Counted from the stretch's first letter, positions 19,497 to 29,836 are shown. The stretch: DNA of 64,000 bases from Moorena sp. SIOASIH (GCF_010671925.1 NZ_JAAHIH010000001.1:549053-613052); one strand, 5' to 3'. Translations and numbers: made by a program. Notes: a model not told the origin generated them from the letters alone.

Positions 19497-20800
19497 AGCC
19501 CCGTCCTTCTAGGACGGCTTTCTTTTTTTTGTGCTATACTTTTACGTAAAGTTGTCCCACGTCAAAAAATGAGAGTCTTAGAATTCAAGGTCGAAGGGAA
19601 GAAAACTCAATATGCTGCGATTGATGAGGCGATCCGTACAGGTCAGTTTGTCCGCAACAAGTGCATTCGGTATTGGATGGACAATAAAGGTATAGGGCAG
19701 AAAGACTTGTATCGCCACAACACGTGGCTAAGAGCTGAATACTCTTTTGTCAAAGATCTAAACTCTCATGCTTGCCAAGCTTCCGTAGAAAGAGCTTACT
19801 ATTCAATCTCTAGGTTTTACGATAAATGTAAAAAGAAAGTTCCCGGGAAGAAGGGATACCCTAAATTTAAAAACTTTTCTCGATCAGTTGAATACAAAAC
19901 ATCGGGATGGAAACTGTCCCCTGATGCTAAGTCAATAAATTTATTGGACAAGAAAGGGATTGGAAAACTGAAACTAAAAGGAACCTGGGAATTATGGCGT
20001 TATGATCAAAAGCTGATAAAGCGAGTTAGATTGGTGCGTCGAGCAGATGGGTACTATGTCCAATTTTGCGTCAAGGTTGATGTCAAGGAATCCTTGGAAC
20101 CTTCTCACACCAATATTGGATTGGACGTAGGAATCAAAGACTTTTATACAGACTCGAAGGGAGGCGTAGAGCCAAATCCTAGGTTTTATCGTAATGGAGA
20201 AAAGAGGCTAAAGTTTTATCAACGTAGGGTTTCTCGTAAAAAGAAAGGCTCAGCTAACCGCAAGAAAGCCATTAATAGACTAGGCAGGACACACCTCAAA
20301 ATAAGTAGGCAGCGTGAAGAGCACGCCAAGAGACTGGCGCGCTGCGTAATCCACTCTAACGATGTGGTCGCTTACGAAGACTTGAGAATTAAGAACTTAG
20401 TAAAGAACCATTGTCTTGCCAAGTCTATCAATGATGCAGGTTGGTACCAATTCAGAAAATGGCTGGAATATTTTGGTCAAAAGTTTGGGAAACAGACAAT
20501 AGCAGTAAATCCTGCCTACACTAGTCAAAATTGTTCCAGCTGCGGCAAAGTTGTCAAGAAATCACTATCAACTAGAACTCATACTTGTTCTTGCGGGTGT
20601 GTATTGGATCGCGACCACAATGCAGCAATAAACATTCTAAGAAGAGCCTTGGGTACGGTGGGGCACACCGGAACCTGGATCATAGATCCAAAAGCTCATG
20701 GAGAATCGACCTCTACTCTTCCTGGTTCCGGCCTGGCTGAGCAAGTTGGCTCGTTGAAGTGAGAATCCCCGTTCTTATAGGACGGGGAGTGTCAATATAC
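19497..20800 (+). mobile_element. IS200/IS605-family solo-TnpB element (IS1341-like, no tnpA) with subterminal hairpins at both ends
   Basis: Hairpin CCGTCCTTCTAGGACGG at ~19507-19523 and CCCCGTTCTTATAGGACGGGG at ~20768-20788 flank the tnpB ORF. The boundaries are approximate. Confidence 0.6.
19569..20762 (+). CDS. tnpB: RNA-guided endonuclease TnpB (IS605 OrfB family), apparently intact
   Basis: 397 aa. It has RuvC-I (IGLDVGIKD), RuvC-II (VAYEDLRIKNL), a zinc ribbon (CSSCG…CSCGC) and RuvC-III (DRDHNAAINI). Confidence 0.85.
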   Translation: MRVLEFKVEGKKTQYAAIDEAIRTGQFVRNKCIRYWMDNKGIGQKDLYRHNTWLRAEYSFVKDLNSHACQASVERAYYSISRFYDKCKKKVPGKKGYPKFKNFSRSVEYKTSGWKLSPDAKSINLLDKKGIGKLKLKGTWELWRYDQKLIKRVRLVRRADGYYVQFCVKVDVKESLEPSHTNIGLDVGIKDFYTDSKGGVEPNPRFYRNGEKRLKFYQRRVSRKKKGSANRKKAINRLGRTHLKISRQREEHAKRLARCVIHSNDVVAYEDLRIKNLVKNHCLAKSINDAGWYQFRKWLEYFGQKFGKQTIAVNPAYTSQNCSSCGKVVKKSLSTRTHTCSCGCVLDRDHNAAINILRRALGTVGHTGTWIIDPKAHGESTSTLPGSGLAEQVGSLK

Positions 20801-20897
20801 ACCCAATCACTCCTCACCGTTTACCCCTAACCACCGCAACCGGCTACAATAACAAGTGTTGAGATTTGTGTATCCCTGACCGGCATAGGGAAAGTTT

Positions 20898-21917
20898 ATG
20901 GCTGCTGCTGTATTAATCCAGAACCTCCAAAAACGCTATGGAGATGTCCACGCTGTCAAAGACATCTCCTTCCAAGTCGAACCGGGTCAAATTTTTGGCT
21001 TACTCGGTCCTAATGGTGCCGGGAAAACCACCACCATTCGTTGCCTATGCACTCTCACGGCACCGGACGCTGGAAAAATTGAGGTATCTGGCATTTCAGT
21101 ACTGAACAATCCTAGGGCAGCACGCCGCCGCATAGGCTATGTGGCACAAGAAGTTGCCCTAGATAAGGTACTCACTGGTCAAGAACTACTTCAATTGCAA
21201 GCCGACCTCTATCATATTCCCAAACCAGTTGCCAAAAAACGCATCAATAAACTCCTTGACATTTTGCAGCTCAAGGAGTATGCCCATAAAAAAACTGGCA
21301 TTTACTCCGGTGGTCTGCGTCGGCGGCTGGACTTAGCTGCTGGCTTACTCCACCAACCTGATGTTTTAGTGCTAGACGAACCCACCGTAGGTCTTGACAT
21401 AGAGAGCAGATTCGTGGTATGGAAACTGTTGCAAAAGCTGCGGGACTCAGGAACCACATTACTAATTACCAGCCACTACCTCGAAGAAATAGACGCATTA
21501 GCTGACCAAGTGGCAATTATTGACAAAGGGATGATCATAGCTGAGGGGACACCATCTCAGTTAAAAGATAGTGTTGGAGGCGATCGCATTACCCTGCGCA
21601 TCCGGGAATTCTCCCCCATTGAAGAAGCCCAGCAAGCCAAAGATATGCTTAAGTCTCTGCCCTTTGTGAAAGAGGTCATTATTAACAGCAATCAGGGGAA
21701 TTCCCTCAACCTTGTGGTTAAACCCCAAAGCAATGCCTTAATCATGGTTCAGCACGCCTTAAAAGACGTTAGTTTACCCACCTTTGGGATTGCTCAGTCG
21801 CGACCTAGCCTAGATGATGTCTATCTGGCCGCCACAGGTAAAACCCTGATGGATGCTGAACTGGCTGAGGCTGGGAAACGGGATTCGAAGGCAGAGCGGA
21901 AACAAAATATGGCCTAA
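20898..21917 (+). CDS. ABC transporter ATP-binding protein (ABC-2/DrrA-like)
   Basis: Walker A GPNGAGKTT, signature YSGGLRRRL and Walker B VLVLDEP, with a C-terminal extension. Confidence 0.85.
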   Translation: MAAAVLIQNLQKRYGDVHAVKDISFQVEPGQIFGLLGPNGAGKTTTIRCLCTLTAPDAGKIEVSGISVLNNPRAARRRIGYVAQEVALDKVLTGQELLQLQADLYHIPKPVAKKRINKLLDILQLKEYAHKKTGIYSGGLRRRLDLAAGLLHQPDVLVLDEPTVGLDIESRFVVWKLLQKLRDSGTTLLITSHYLEEIDALADQVAIIDKGMIIAEGTPSQLKDSVGGDRITLRIREFSPIEEAQQAKDMLKSLPFVKEVIINSNQGNSLNLVVKPQSNALIMVQHALKDVSLPTFGIAQSRPSLDDVYLAATGKTLMDAELAEAGKRDSKAERKQNMA

Positions 21918-22358
21918 AAGACAGATAGGGCAGTGGTTAGTGGAGAGTAAATACAGATTGCTCAAATTATTGTTAGGAATCAATTGTAGGAATCTTTGAC
22001 ACTCCCATCGCTAAATCCTTCGCGCAGCGTCGGCTTTGCCGAATATTATAGCCAAGGATTCTTAAGAGAATAAAACTCTTAATGGCTGAGCCAAACAGCC
22101 TCGCTTACCCTCCAATAAAATTATTGGGCTTACTTTTGAGATTTTTGATTTATGCTTTTAGCAGAGGCTTTTCAGCTTGCGCACAAACCTGCACCTTTTA
22201 AGTGCATTAATATGTGTTTATCTTAGCAAAGATTCTCAAAAAGCGCAACAGATTCAGTCTCCAAGTCCGCACTTTATACGCCCCGTCTCCCGCTAACCCT
22301 TACTGGCAGTGCCAGACGCTGCTTAATACGGGTATAACGGGAGGGGAATTGGAGTTGA

Positions 22359-23267
22359 ATGATGCCACGAATCAATATGAGTAAAATCCTTACCCCTCCT
22401 AAATCAGACTTTAACTGGCAACCAGACCTTACTGCACCAATCCCAGTCAGTGATACTCCTGGTGTAAGTGAATTTATCCAAGAAACCCTTGCCCTAACCA
22501 AACGCCTGTTTATTCAGCTGCAACGGCGACCTTCTACCTTAATGGCTGGTATTATCCAGCCCCTAATGTGGCTAATCCTATTTGGGGCATTATTCCAAAA
22601 CGCTCCTCAAGGGATTTTTGGCGAGAGTTTGAGCTATGGCAAATTCCTCGGTGCAGGTGTGATTGTGTTTACCGCCTTTGCTGGAGCACTCAATGCTGGC
22701 TTACCTGTCATGTTTGACCGGGAATTTGGTTTCCTCAACCGCTTACTAGTAGCTCCGTTAGTATCTCGCTTCTCTATTGTTGCAGCCTCAGCCATATATA
22801 TAATCGCTCTGAGTTTGCTGCAAACTGTGGTAATTGTCACCGCCAGTGCCTTTTTAGGAGCTGGTTTACCCAACCTAGGCGGTCTGGTTATGATTGCCTT
22901 GATTGTATTCTTGCTAGTGGTGGGAGTCACAGCCCTCAGTCTAGGACTAGCATTTGCCCTACCCGGTCACATTGAACTAATTGCAGTCATTTTTGTTACC
23001 AACTTACCCCTACTGTTTGCCAGCACAGCCCTTGCTCCTCTCTCCTTCATGCCCAAATGGTTACAGGTGGTAGCCAGTCTTAACCCCCTCAGCTATGCCA
23101 TTGAACCAATTCGCTATCTCTATCTCCACAATGACTGGTCTTTTGGTAGCCTTGTGATGCAGGCTCCCTGGGCATCTATTACCTTTGGCCAATCCCTGTT
23201 GATATTGCTTGGTTTTAGCACAGTCGTATTACTCGCAATTTCTCCACTACTGAGCCGCCGGTTGTAA
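22359..23267 (+). CDS. ABC-2 type transporter permease
   Basis: 302 aa with about six predicted TM helices, located downstream of the ATPase. Confidence 0.75.
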   Translation: MMPRINMSKILTPPKSDFNWQPDLTAPIPVSDTPGVSEFIQETLALTKRLFIQLQRRPSTLMAGIIQPLMWLILFGALFQNAPQGIFGESLSYGKFLGAGVIVFTAFAGALNAGLPVMFDREFGFLNRLLVAPLVSRFSIVAASAIYIIALSLLQTVVIVTASAFLGAGLPNLGGLVMIALIVFLLVVGVTALSLGLAFALPGHIELIAVIFVTNLPLLFASTALAPLSFMPKWLQVVASLNPLSYAIEPIRYLYLHNDWSFGSLVMQAPWASITFGQSLLILLGFSTVVLLAISPLLSRRL

Positions 23268-23384
23268 TTCTTCTCCCTAGAGCCTTAGCCCTAGGCCCGT
23301 GTTACCCTTGCCAACGGAACGCGGGAAGATGGGGAGATGGGGAGATGGGGAGATGGGGAGAACCCCCAAGACAGCGCTGCATCG

Positions 23385-23436
23385 CTACTCCCTACTCCCT
23401 ACTCCCTACTCCCTACTCCCTACTCCCTACTCCCTC
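23385..23436. repeat. STRR-like heptamer repeat (TACTCCC)n. An (AGATGGGG)4 array lies just upstream at 23326..23358.
   Basis: Directly visible. Confidence 0.9.
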
Positions 23437-23448
23437 AATTGAGAACTA

Positions 23449-26400
23449 CTAAAAGCCATTGCCAATCATAATAAACGGTGCCCAGTAATAAGGACTATTA
23501 TAATGACTGTTGATCAAGCCTATTTGCGCTTGACGCAATGCTTCCGCTATGGTAATATTACCCTTAAGCATGGTTTGGTAAAAAGCATCCATTAGTACCT
23601 GTGTCCCTTGGTCATCAACAGACCAGAGGGAAGCGATGGTTGCTAGTGCTCCTAAGCGTTGCATCTGATAACCAAAGCCTAAAATTTCTTCACCATTACC
23701 CAAAACTCCACCAACACCAGTTTCACAAGCACTAAGCACCACTAAATTCACACCATTGAGGTTCCAGGTTTCTAAATCTCGGAGCGTAGCCAGCTCGCAA
23801 TTACCAAATAAGATAAATGAATCCTCTGGTTGACCTGGTAAAAAAGCAGCATGGGTGGCTAGATGAACAATATTGTAGTTGTTATTGTTGTTGTTGATCT
23901 GCTCAACTATAGTGCTAGGTTTAAAGTCTTGTTGAAACAGTTTTGTAGTCTCCGGAATCAGAGCTGCAATAGTTTCTACTTCAACACCAGCAAACCTTAA
24001 GCCAGAAAAGTTAAACGGACGTTTCCCTAACTGGAATTCACATTCCCCTGAGGTAAAGGCAGCAGATAGTACCCGGGGTTGCCTAGGAAGGTGATTATTG
24101 AGGTTAATGAAACTAGCAGCAGTAATAGTATTAATACTATAGCGCTCAACTAACCATTGCTCCCCATCATGGAGCGCAGCCAGAGGAACATAACGCAATA
24201 TACCATCTGGAGCATAGAGGATAGTTTGAGCTTGGGCTTTAGTAAGGTTGTCTTCAATGGGCTTAATTAGCAAGTTATAGAGTTTTTGTGCCTCTGCTCT
24301 GGCCTGATTGACTCTAATCCTATCAGTGATGGCGCGACGGAATTTTGCGATCACATCCTTGAGTTGTTCGTGATTGATCGTTACCGAATGATGGATAGGG
24401 AATGAGTCAGCAGTAACCAGTACCAGTTCCAGACGGTCTTCTAGAATTAGCGGATACAACAACACAGCGTTTTGCTCAAGCTGGCGCAAGCTATTTTGCA
24501 AAATGTCTAGATAACTGACATCCAGACGCTGTTCTCTGGCTTGTCGTCTTAGCTGTTGCACCAGTTTCACCACATCAGGACTGGAGATAAATTGCTCAAA
24601 TGATGGGCTACTATCTTGGGACTCCGTCCTCTTGAGTAGAGAATTAATCCTGTTGCTAATCCCCTGTTCCAGAGACAGCAATCCAATCCCTTCGAGTGTC
24701 TGTTCATTGCCTTGGACATTACCCAAGTAATCCTCTAATTCTTGAATTTTCAGCAAATCCAGCACTCGTTGAGCTTCAATCACTCGGTCAAATTGCAGCA
24801 ATAGGTCAGCGAGATGACGATAGGTATTAGCAACAGTTTGTGTAAAGGATTGCTGTTGTTCTTGAGGAAGTGGTTTTAACTCGTCCCGAATCTGTTCAGT
24901 CAGATTAACCGATAACTTGTAGAAAATGATGGCTAACTCAGGTTGCTTCTGTTTTTCCAGCACTTGACCGATATTGCTGAGAGTAATTCCTTCCGCTGAA
25001 CGGTCACCGATATCTCGAAAAATTACCAAAGCTTCTTGCAGCAATGCCATGGCTTGGGAATCTTGATCTGTATTAACATAAGTACCTGCAAGAGAGTTGA
25101 GAATCCGACCCTCCCCTGCTATATCACCAATCTCTTGTGCGATCGCTAGGGCTTGCTGATAAGAATTTATCGCCTTAGGATACAGACCAATACTGGAGTA
25201 AACACCACCAATCTGATTGAGAGTATTACTTTCACTGATAAGATTATTAATATCTTGAGCAATGGCTAAAGCTTGCTGATAGGATGCTAAAGCTTGGGGA
25301 TACTGATTGAGGCGTTCGTAAATGACACCAATACTGCTAATAGTCAGTCCAACCCCTGATTTATTGTCTATCTCCCGATAAATTGCTAAAGCCTGTTCCA
25401 AAAAATCTAAGGCTTTGGAGTACTGTCCTAAACCTTCATAAACACCGCCAATATTAATGAGCGTCTTCGCTTCACTAGCTGGATTACCGATTTTTTTATG
25501 AATCGCTAAAGCTTGTTGATAATAGTCTAAAGCTTGGTAATATCGACTACGATTATAGTAAACTCCACCAATAGTATCAAGAGCATTAGCTTCCCTGGCG
25601 GGATTGTTAATTTCAGTAGCAATAGTTAAAGATTGCTGGTAGGATGTCAAGGCTTGATCATACTCTCCGAGATTTTCATAAACGGTGCCAAGGTTGTTAA
25701 GGGTATAACTAACACTATCCTTATCTCCTAACTCATTAAGAATAGCCAAGGCTTGTTGATGATACTCTAGCGCCTGTGTATAGTCACCAGTCTGACCAGC
25801 AATCAATCCTAAATTATTATAAATTCGTCCAACACTTGCTCGATTCCCAATTTCTCTAGCAATCACCAGTGCTTTTTGATAGAAATCCCTGGCTAGGGAA
25901 TACTCACCACTATTGTAGTAAACTCCACCAATATTATTAAGGGTGCGTCCTTCATCAAAGGGATTATTAGTTTCCCGACGAATCCCTAAAGCTTGCTGGT
26001 ATAACTCCAAAGCTTGGTCATAGTCACCCTGATTAGCATAAATTGCAGCAATATTATGCCAGGATTCCCCGATGATATCACGATTACCAATAGTGGTAGC
26101 CATCTCCAAGGCTTGCTGGTGTAACCCTAGTGCTTGAGAATAGTTTCCTAGACGGCGATAAACAAAGCCTATATTATTAAGGGTTTCTGCTTGTCCTCTA
26201 CTATCTTCTAGTTTTTGACGAATTATCAAAGCTTGCTGCAATGTGTCTAACGCTTTTGGATAGTCACTCAATCCGATGTACACTTGACCGATGTTGTTGA
26301 GAGTTGCAGCAACACCCGCTTTGTCGTTTAGTTGTCTACGAATTGCTAAGACTCGTTGATAGGTGGCTACGGCTTCACGAAACTGTCCCTGACGAAATTG

Positions 26401-26631
26401 TTGGATACCTTGTTCAAAGAGTTGGTTAGCAATAGAAGTTTTGCGGACGCGAAACCTGACACCACTGCGCCAATCCTGTTTCGGAATGCTGGGGAAATCC
26501 TGTGCAACAGCTTTGTCAAGTTGTAGGAATACTGGTGGGGTATGTACATCCAACGTTACTCCCAGAATTATTAATAATTCTAGGAGAGTTTTAACTGGAG
26601 TGATATCATAAAAACCTGGAGGCATAGGCAC
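23449..26631 (-). CDS. TPR-repeat protein with C-terminal CHAT (caspase-like) domain
   Basis: 1060 aa. About 12 tetratricopeptide repeats (…A[LI]..YQQAL.I…). The C-terminus carries the CHAT dyad context (YNIVHLATHAAF… VVLSACETGVG). Confidence 0.8.
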   Translation of the reverse strand: MPMPPGFYDITPVKTLLELLIILGVTLDVHTPPVFLQLDKAVAQDFPSIPKQDWRSGVRFRVRKTSIANQLFEQGIQQFRQGQFREAVATYQRVLAIRRQLNDKAGVAATLNNIGQVYIGLSDYPKALDTLQQALIIRQKLEDSRGQAETLNNIGFVYRRLGNYSQALGLHQQALEMATTIGNRDIIGESWHNIAAIYANQGDYDQALELYQQALGIRRETNNPFDEGRTLNNIGGVYYNSGEYSLARDFYQKALVIAREIGNRASVGRIYNNLGLIAGQTGDYTQALEYHQQALAILNELGDKDSVSYTLNNLGTVYENLGEYDQALTSYQQSLTIATEINNPAREANALDTIGGVYYNRSRYYQALDYYQQALAIHKKIGNPASEAKTLINIGGVYEGLGQYSKALDFLEQALAIYREIDNKSGVGLTISSIGVIYERLNQYPQALASYQQALAIAQDINNLISESNTLNQIGGVYSSIGLYPKAINSYQQALAIAQEIGDIAGEGRILNSLAGTYVNTDQDSQAMALLQEALVIFRDIGDRSAEGITLSNIGQVLEKQKQPELAIIFYKLSVNLTEQIRDELKPLPQEQQQSFTQTVANTYRHLADLLLQFDRVIEAQRVLDLLKIQELEDYLGNVQGNEQTLEGIGLLSLEQGISNRINSLLKRTESQDSSPSFEQFISSPDVVKLVQQLRRQAREQRLDVSYLDILQNSLRQLEQNAVLLYPLILEDRLELVLVTADSFPIHHSVTINHEQLKDVIAKFRRAITDRIRVNQARAEAQKLYNLLIKPIEDNLTKAQAQTILYAPDGILRYVPLAALHDGEQWLVERYSINTITAASFINLNNHLPRQPRVLSAAFTSGECEFQLGKRPFNFSGLRFAGVEVETIAALIPETTKLFQQDFKPSTIVEQINNNNNNYNIVHLATHAAFLPGQPEDSFILFGNCELATLRDLETWNLNGVNLVVLSACETGVGGVLGNGEEILGFGYQMQRLGALATIASLWSVDDQGTQVLMDAFYQTMLKGNITIAEALRQAQIGLINSHYNSPYYWAPFIMIGNGF

Positions 26632-26887
26632 CGCCTTACCTCAACTATTTATAGCTAGTAAAGTATAACAAATTACTATACTAAGTCTAGCAATAATCTA
26701 GTAGTTTAGTTGATAACTTTTTGTTGAGGGTTGAGGGTTGAGGGTTGACTATTGACAGGGTCGCGTCAACGATCCAAAATGAACCTGTAACAATTGTGCA
26801 GGTTAACTGTGCAGGTTAACTCAGGTTAACTATATATAACTCTATAGCAGTAGACCAGCGAGATTTATCCATTAAGGGGGGATTTAT

Positions 26888-27283
26888 ATGACGATCAGCA
26901 ACCAATCTGTTTTTACTGTAGCTGTATTGAGTGTAGCCCTTGGCATTACTACAGCGTTACTACACGGATCCGCTACTGCCCAAACTACAGGTACTATTCG
27001 AGCGGATGAAAATTTTAATAATCCTAACGAGCAAGACACGTTTGGGGGGTTTGGAGACAGTGGTTTCAACGCTTTTGATTTAATCCATAATGCCCAATTG
27101 GGTACAGTTGATATCGATCAGTTCATTGAGGGACAGTCTCAGAGACTAAACGATGCTGCTTCTGAGTTTCGGCGTTTACAGTTGGAACGGTTGCGCAATC
27201 CCCAAGTAGTATCTCCAGAAAACCAATATCCAGAAAACCAATATCCAGAAAACCAGCCTGCTACATCTGGGGTTAGCTTCTGA
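26888..27283 (+). CDS. Small secreted hypothetical protein with a C-terminal ENQYP repeat
   Basis: 131 aa with a signal-peptide-like N-terminus (VFTVAVLSVALGITTALLHGSATAQ). No recognised domain. Confidence 0.4.
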   Translation: MTISNQSVFTVAVLSVALGITTALLHGSATAQTTGTIRADENFNNPNEQDTFGGFGDSGFNAFDLIHNAQLGTVDIDQFIEGQSQRLNDAASEFRRLQLERLRNPQVVSPENQYPENQYPENQPATSGVSF

Positions 27284-27289
27284 CAAAAT

Positions 27290-27766
27290 TCATCCCACGC
27301 TCACGCTACGCTTTGAGACGTGGGATGAATTTTGTGCAGGGTCTTTGTTGCTCATCTCAGGAGTGTCTTGGTTTTCAATGTACTTTTTAAGAGTAGAAAT
27401 AGTAACGCCACCACAACTAGCAATAAAGTAAGAACTATTCCACAATACAGGTTTTTTGTAGTAGATTCTGGCTAGTTGTTCACCAAATTCTACTCTTATT
27501 TTTCGGCTTGAGACACTCTTCAATGAGTTAACCAGTTTACTCAGGTGAATGTCAGGGTGATACTGGAACAGCAGGTGAACATGGTCTTTTTCCCCATCAA
27601 GGCTAACAAGCGATCATTCTTGTTGTTCAAGTAAGTTTTCAAAAATTTCATGTAAACGGCTAATCATCTCACCAGTAAAGACTTTGCGACGATACTTGGT
27701 CGTCAAGACGAGATGAGCTTTAAGGTCAGAGACAGACCGACCCTTGGATAAAAAGTCATTCTTCAT
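27290..27766 (-). pseudogene. tnpA: IS200-family Y1 transposase TnpA with an in-frame TGA stop
   Basis: Minus-strand translation reads MKNDFLSKGRSVSDLKAHLVLTTKYRRKVF…EQQE-[TGA]-SLVSLDGEKDHVHLLFQYHPDIHLSKLVNSLKSVSSRKIR…SYFIASCGGVTISTLKKYIENQ. The HVHLL and Y motifs are present and the stop is in-frame. Confidence 0.75.
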
Positions 27767-27818
27767 AAAAATCCTGCTGTTGTCTGCTATAATCAGTGTA
27801 GCTTAAAAGTTAACACCA

Positions 27819-29211
27819 ATGAAATACACGTATCAATATCGACTATATCCAGAGACTCAACAAACACTCACACTGAACGAGTGGCTGCGAGTTGGTCGAT
27901 ATTGGTATAACCGGATGTTGGGTGAGCGTTTTGATTGGTGGGAGAAAAATAGATGTCCGGTCAATGCCTGTCCATTAATCTGTTACCTTCCGGAGCTTAA
28001 AGATCAGCCCAATTTATACAGCCAGAAAAAGCAACTTCCAGTTATCAAGAAAGACTTGGTTAAGATTGGATGGTCTGGAGAGTTGATAGACTTTACTGAG
28101 GTTTATTCAACTGTTTTGCAAGATGTCTGTACAAGAGTAAAAAACGCTTTTAACAGGTTTATAGCAGGTGACAAAAATGGTAAACGCAGTGGCAAGCCTC
28201 GATTTAAGAATGTTGCCAGATATCGGACGTTAAACTTTCCAAATGCTTATAATTCTTGGTTAAAGTTCTGTACTGTTAACGGAAAATGGTTGTTTGTTCA
28301 AGTTCCTAAAATTGGTTTGATTAAGCTGAGAATACACAGACCGTTACCTGATAGTGCAAACTTAAAACAGCTATCAATTACAAGGAAAGCTGACGGATGG
28401 TACTGCAACCTGAGCCTAGAGGATAAGTCCGTGCCGGAGTTCAACCCTGATGACATTATTCCTACTTGGGAAAACTCAATTGGAATGGATGCTGTTCTAG
28501 ATAGAGGCTTTTATCTAGCAATATCCGATGGCAAGAAACTCCCCTCGCTTAAACCACTTCGTCGGAATCAAGACAAGTTAACCAAAGTTTCTCAACGGAA
28601 AAATAAGCGTAAAAAAGGAAGTAAAGCCAGACGTAAACTAGCAAAACGGGAAGCCCGTATTCATCAACAGATAGCTAGGAGTCGTGAAGATTTCCAGTAC
28701 AAAACTGCTCATCAACTGGTGAATACAGGTAAGAAAGTCTTCTTTCACGAGAAGCTGAACCTCAAGGGTTTAACTCGTCGCAATACTCCTAAACGAGGGC
28801 GAGATGGTACGTTCTTATCCAATGGTCAATCATCAAAATCAGGACTTAACAAGTCTTGGCTAGATGCAGCCTTTGGTCAGTTCTTTGAAGTGCTGGGTCA
28901 GGTAGCCGCAAAAGAAGGGCGCCAGTGTAGTCGAAGTCAAGCCAAATTACACATCTCAACTCCTCTCTTATCGAGATGAATTTGTGTTCACCGACCGAGA
29001 TATGCGAGAGTATTTCGATGAGGAACTAAAGCTGATTGTCGATAGAGATGTCAACGCATCAATCAACATAAAGCGAGTCGGGCTGGATGTGTTCCCGACT
29101 ATAAAACGCCGTAGAGGGAAGCCTGTAGTTGTTGAATCTACTACTAATAGTACCTCGCAGGAAGCTCTGACCGCTCTTTATGAGCATCAGAAGCCCACAC
29201 TGAAAGCGTAG
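27819..29211 (+). pseudogene. tnpB: TnpB (IS605 OrfB) disrupted by a frameshift near 28925. The RuvC-III segment continues in another frame and no zinc-finger cysteines are seen.
   Basis: ORF1 ends …VAAKEGRQCSRSQ… . The alternative frame reads …VVEVKPNYTSQ…FTDRDMREYF… and joins the 28984 ORF, which carries DRDVNASINIKRVG. Confidence 0.7.
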
Positions 29212-29392
29212 CGTCAGTGTGTGGTACATCACCGAAAGTTACCGATAATCTTAGAGACTTTGGCTCAGGTGTGGATCAGGTTTGATATCAAGTTCGTTTA
29301 ATCATTTGATTTACAGGTCATACCATAGATGGCAAACGCAGTTCTCAATACCCAATTGAGAACTGCTATTTATAGATATAAACTTTGGGAAA

Positions 29393-29737
29393 TCAAGCTA
29401 AGGAATCAGAGGAGATAGACCTTGAGGTAAACGTTTGGGGCATCGGGAAATTATCCCAGTGCAAGATATTATAGATTCCTGTATGAATCCAGTTTTCTAA
29501 ATACAGCTTCTGCTCTGAGGATAACTGCTGTAATTCTTGGCTTTTTGATGATGGTTCAATCTTGTCTATGGCTTCGTAATGATTCGGAATTCGGTTCAGG
29601 ACATAAGCAATTAAATCCTGGCGTATGTTAGACTGGGAAAACACTTCTTGATAAGGAAACTCCGGATAAGTTGCTAAGACGTTTTCAATTTCTTGAATCA
29701 CTATCGGTGTAGTTACGTGAACAAGGGTTTTAACCAT
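29393..29737 (-). CDS. ComFB-family protein (late-competence ComFB-like; cyclic-dinucleotide receptor family in cyanobacteria)
   Basis: 114 aa. The N-terminal pattern MVKTLVHVTTPIVIQEIENVL…DLIAYVLNRIPNHY matches the ComFB signature (…DI.A.ALN.LP..Y). Confidence 0.55.
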   Translation of the reverse strand: MVKTLVHVTTPIVIQEIENVLATYPEFPYQEVFSQSNIRQDLIAYVLNRIPNHYEAIDKIEPSSKSQELQQLSSEQKLYLENWIHTGIYNILHWDNFPMPQTFTSRSISSDSLA

Positions 29738-29836
29738 CGTTTACACTCCTTTTGCCAACCGGTTTATTATTGTAAACCGGTTTATTAATTAATATTATAT
29801 AGCGTGTTTTAAGCCCTGTTTTAAGTCAAGGGAAGT

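Larger units (their letters stand above)
27286..29370. mobile_element. Decayed IS200/IS605-family element carrying divergent tnpA and tnpB
   Basis: Left-end perfect palindrome AAATTCATCCCACG…CGTGGGATGAATTT at 27288-27333. tnpA runs on the minus strand and tnpB on the plus strand, and both are disrupted. The right boundary is uncertain; a palindrome GCAGTTCTCAAT-ACCC-AATTGAGAACTGC lies at 29340-29368. Confidence 0.6.

Noticed and set aside
23449-26631. TPR-CHAT as a Csx29-like Craspase component of a type III-E CRISPR system
   Set aside because: No Cas7-11/gRAMP, Csx30, Csx31, RpoE or CRISPR array lies in the neighbourhood. The architecture alone is common among cyanobacterial CHAT proteins.
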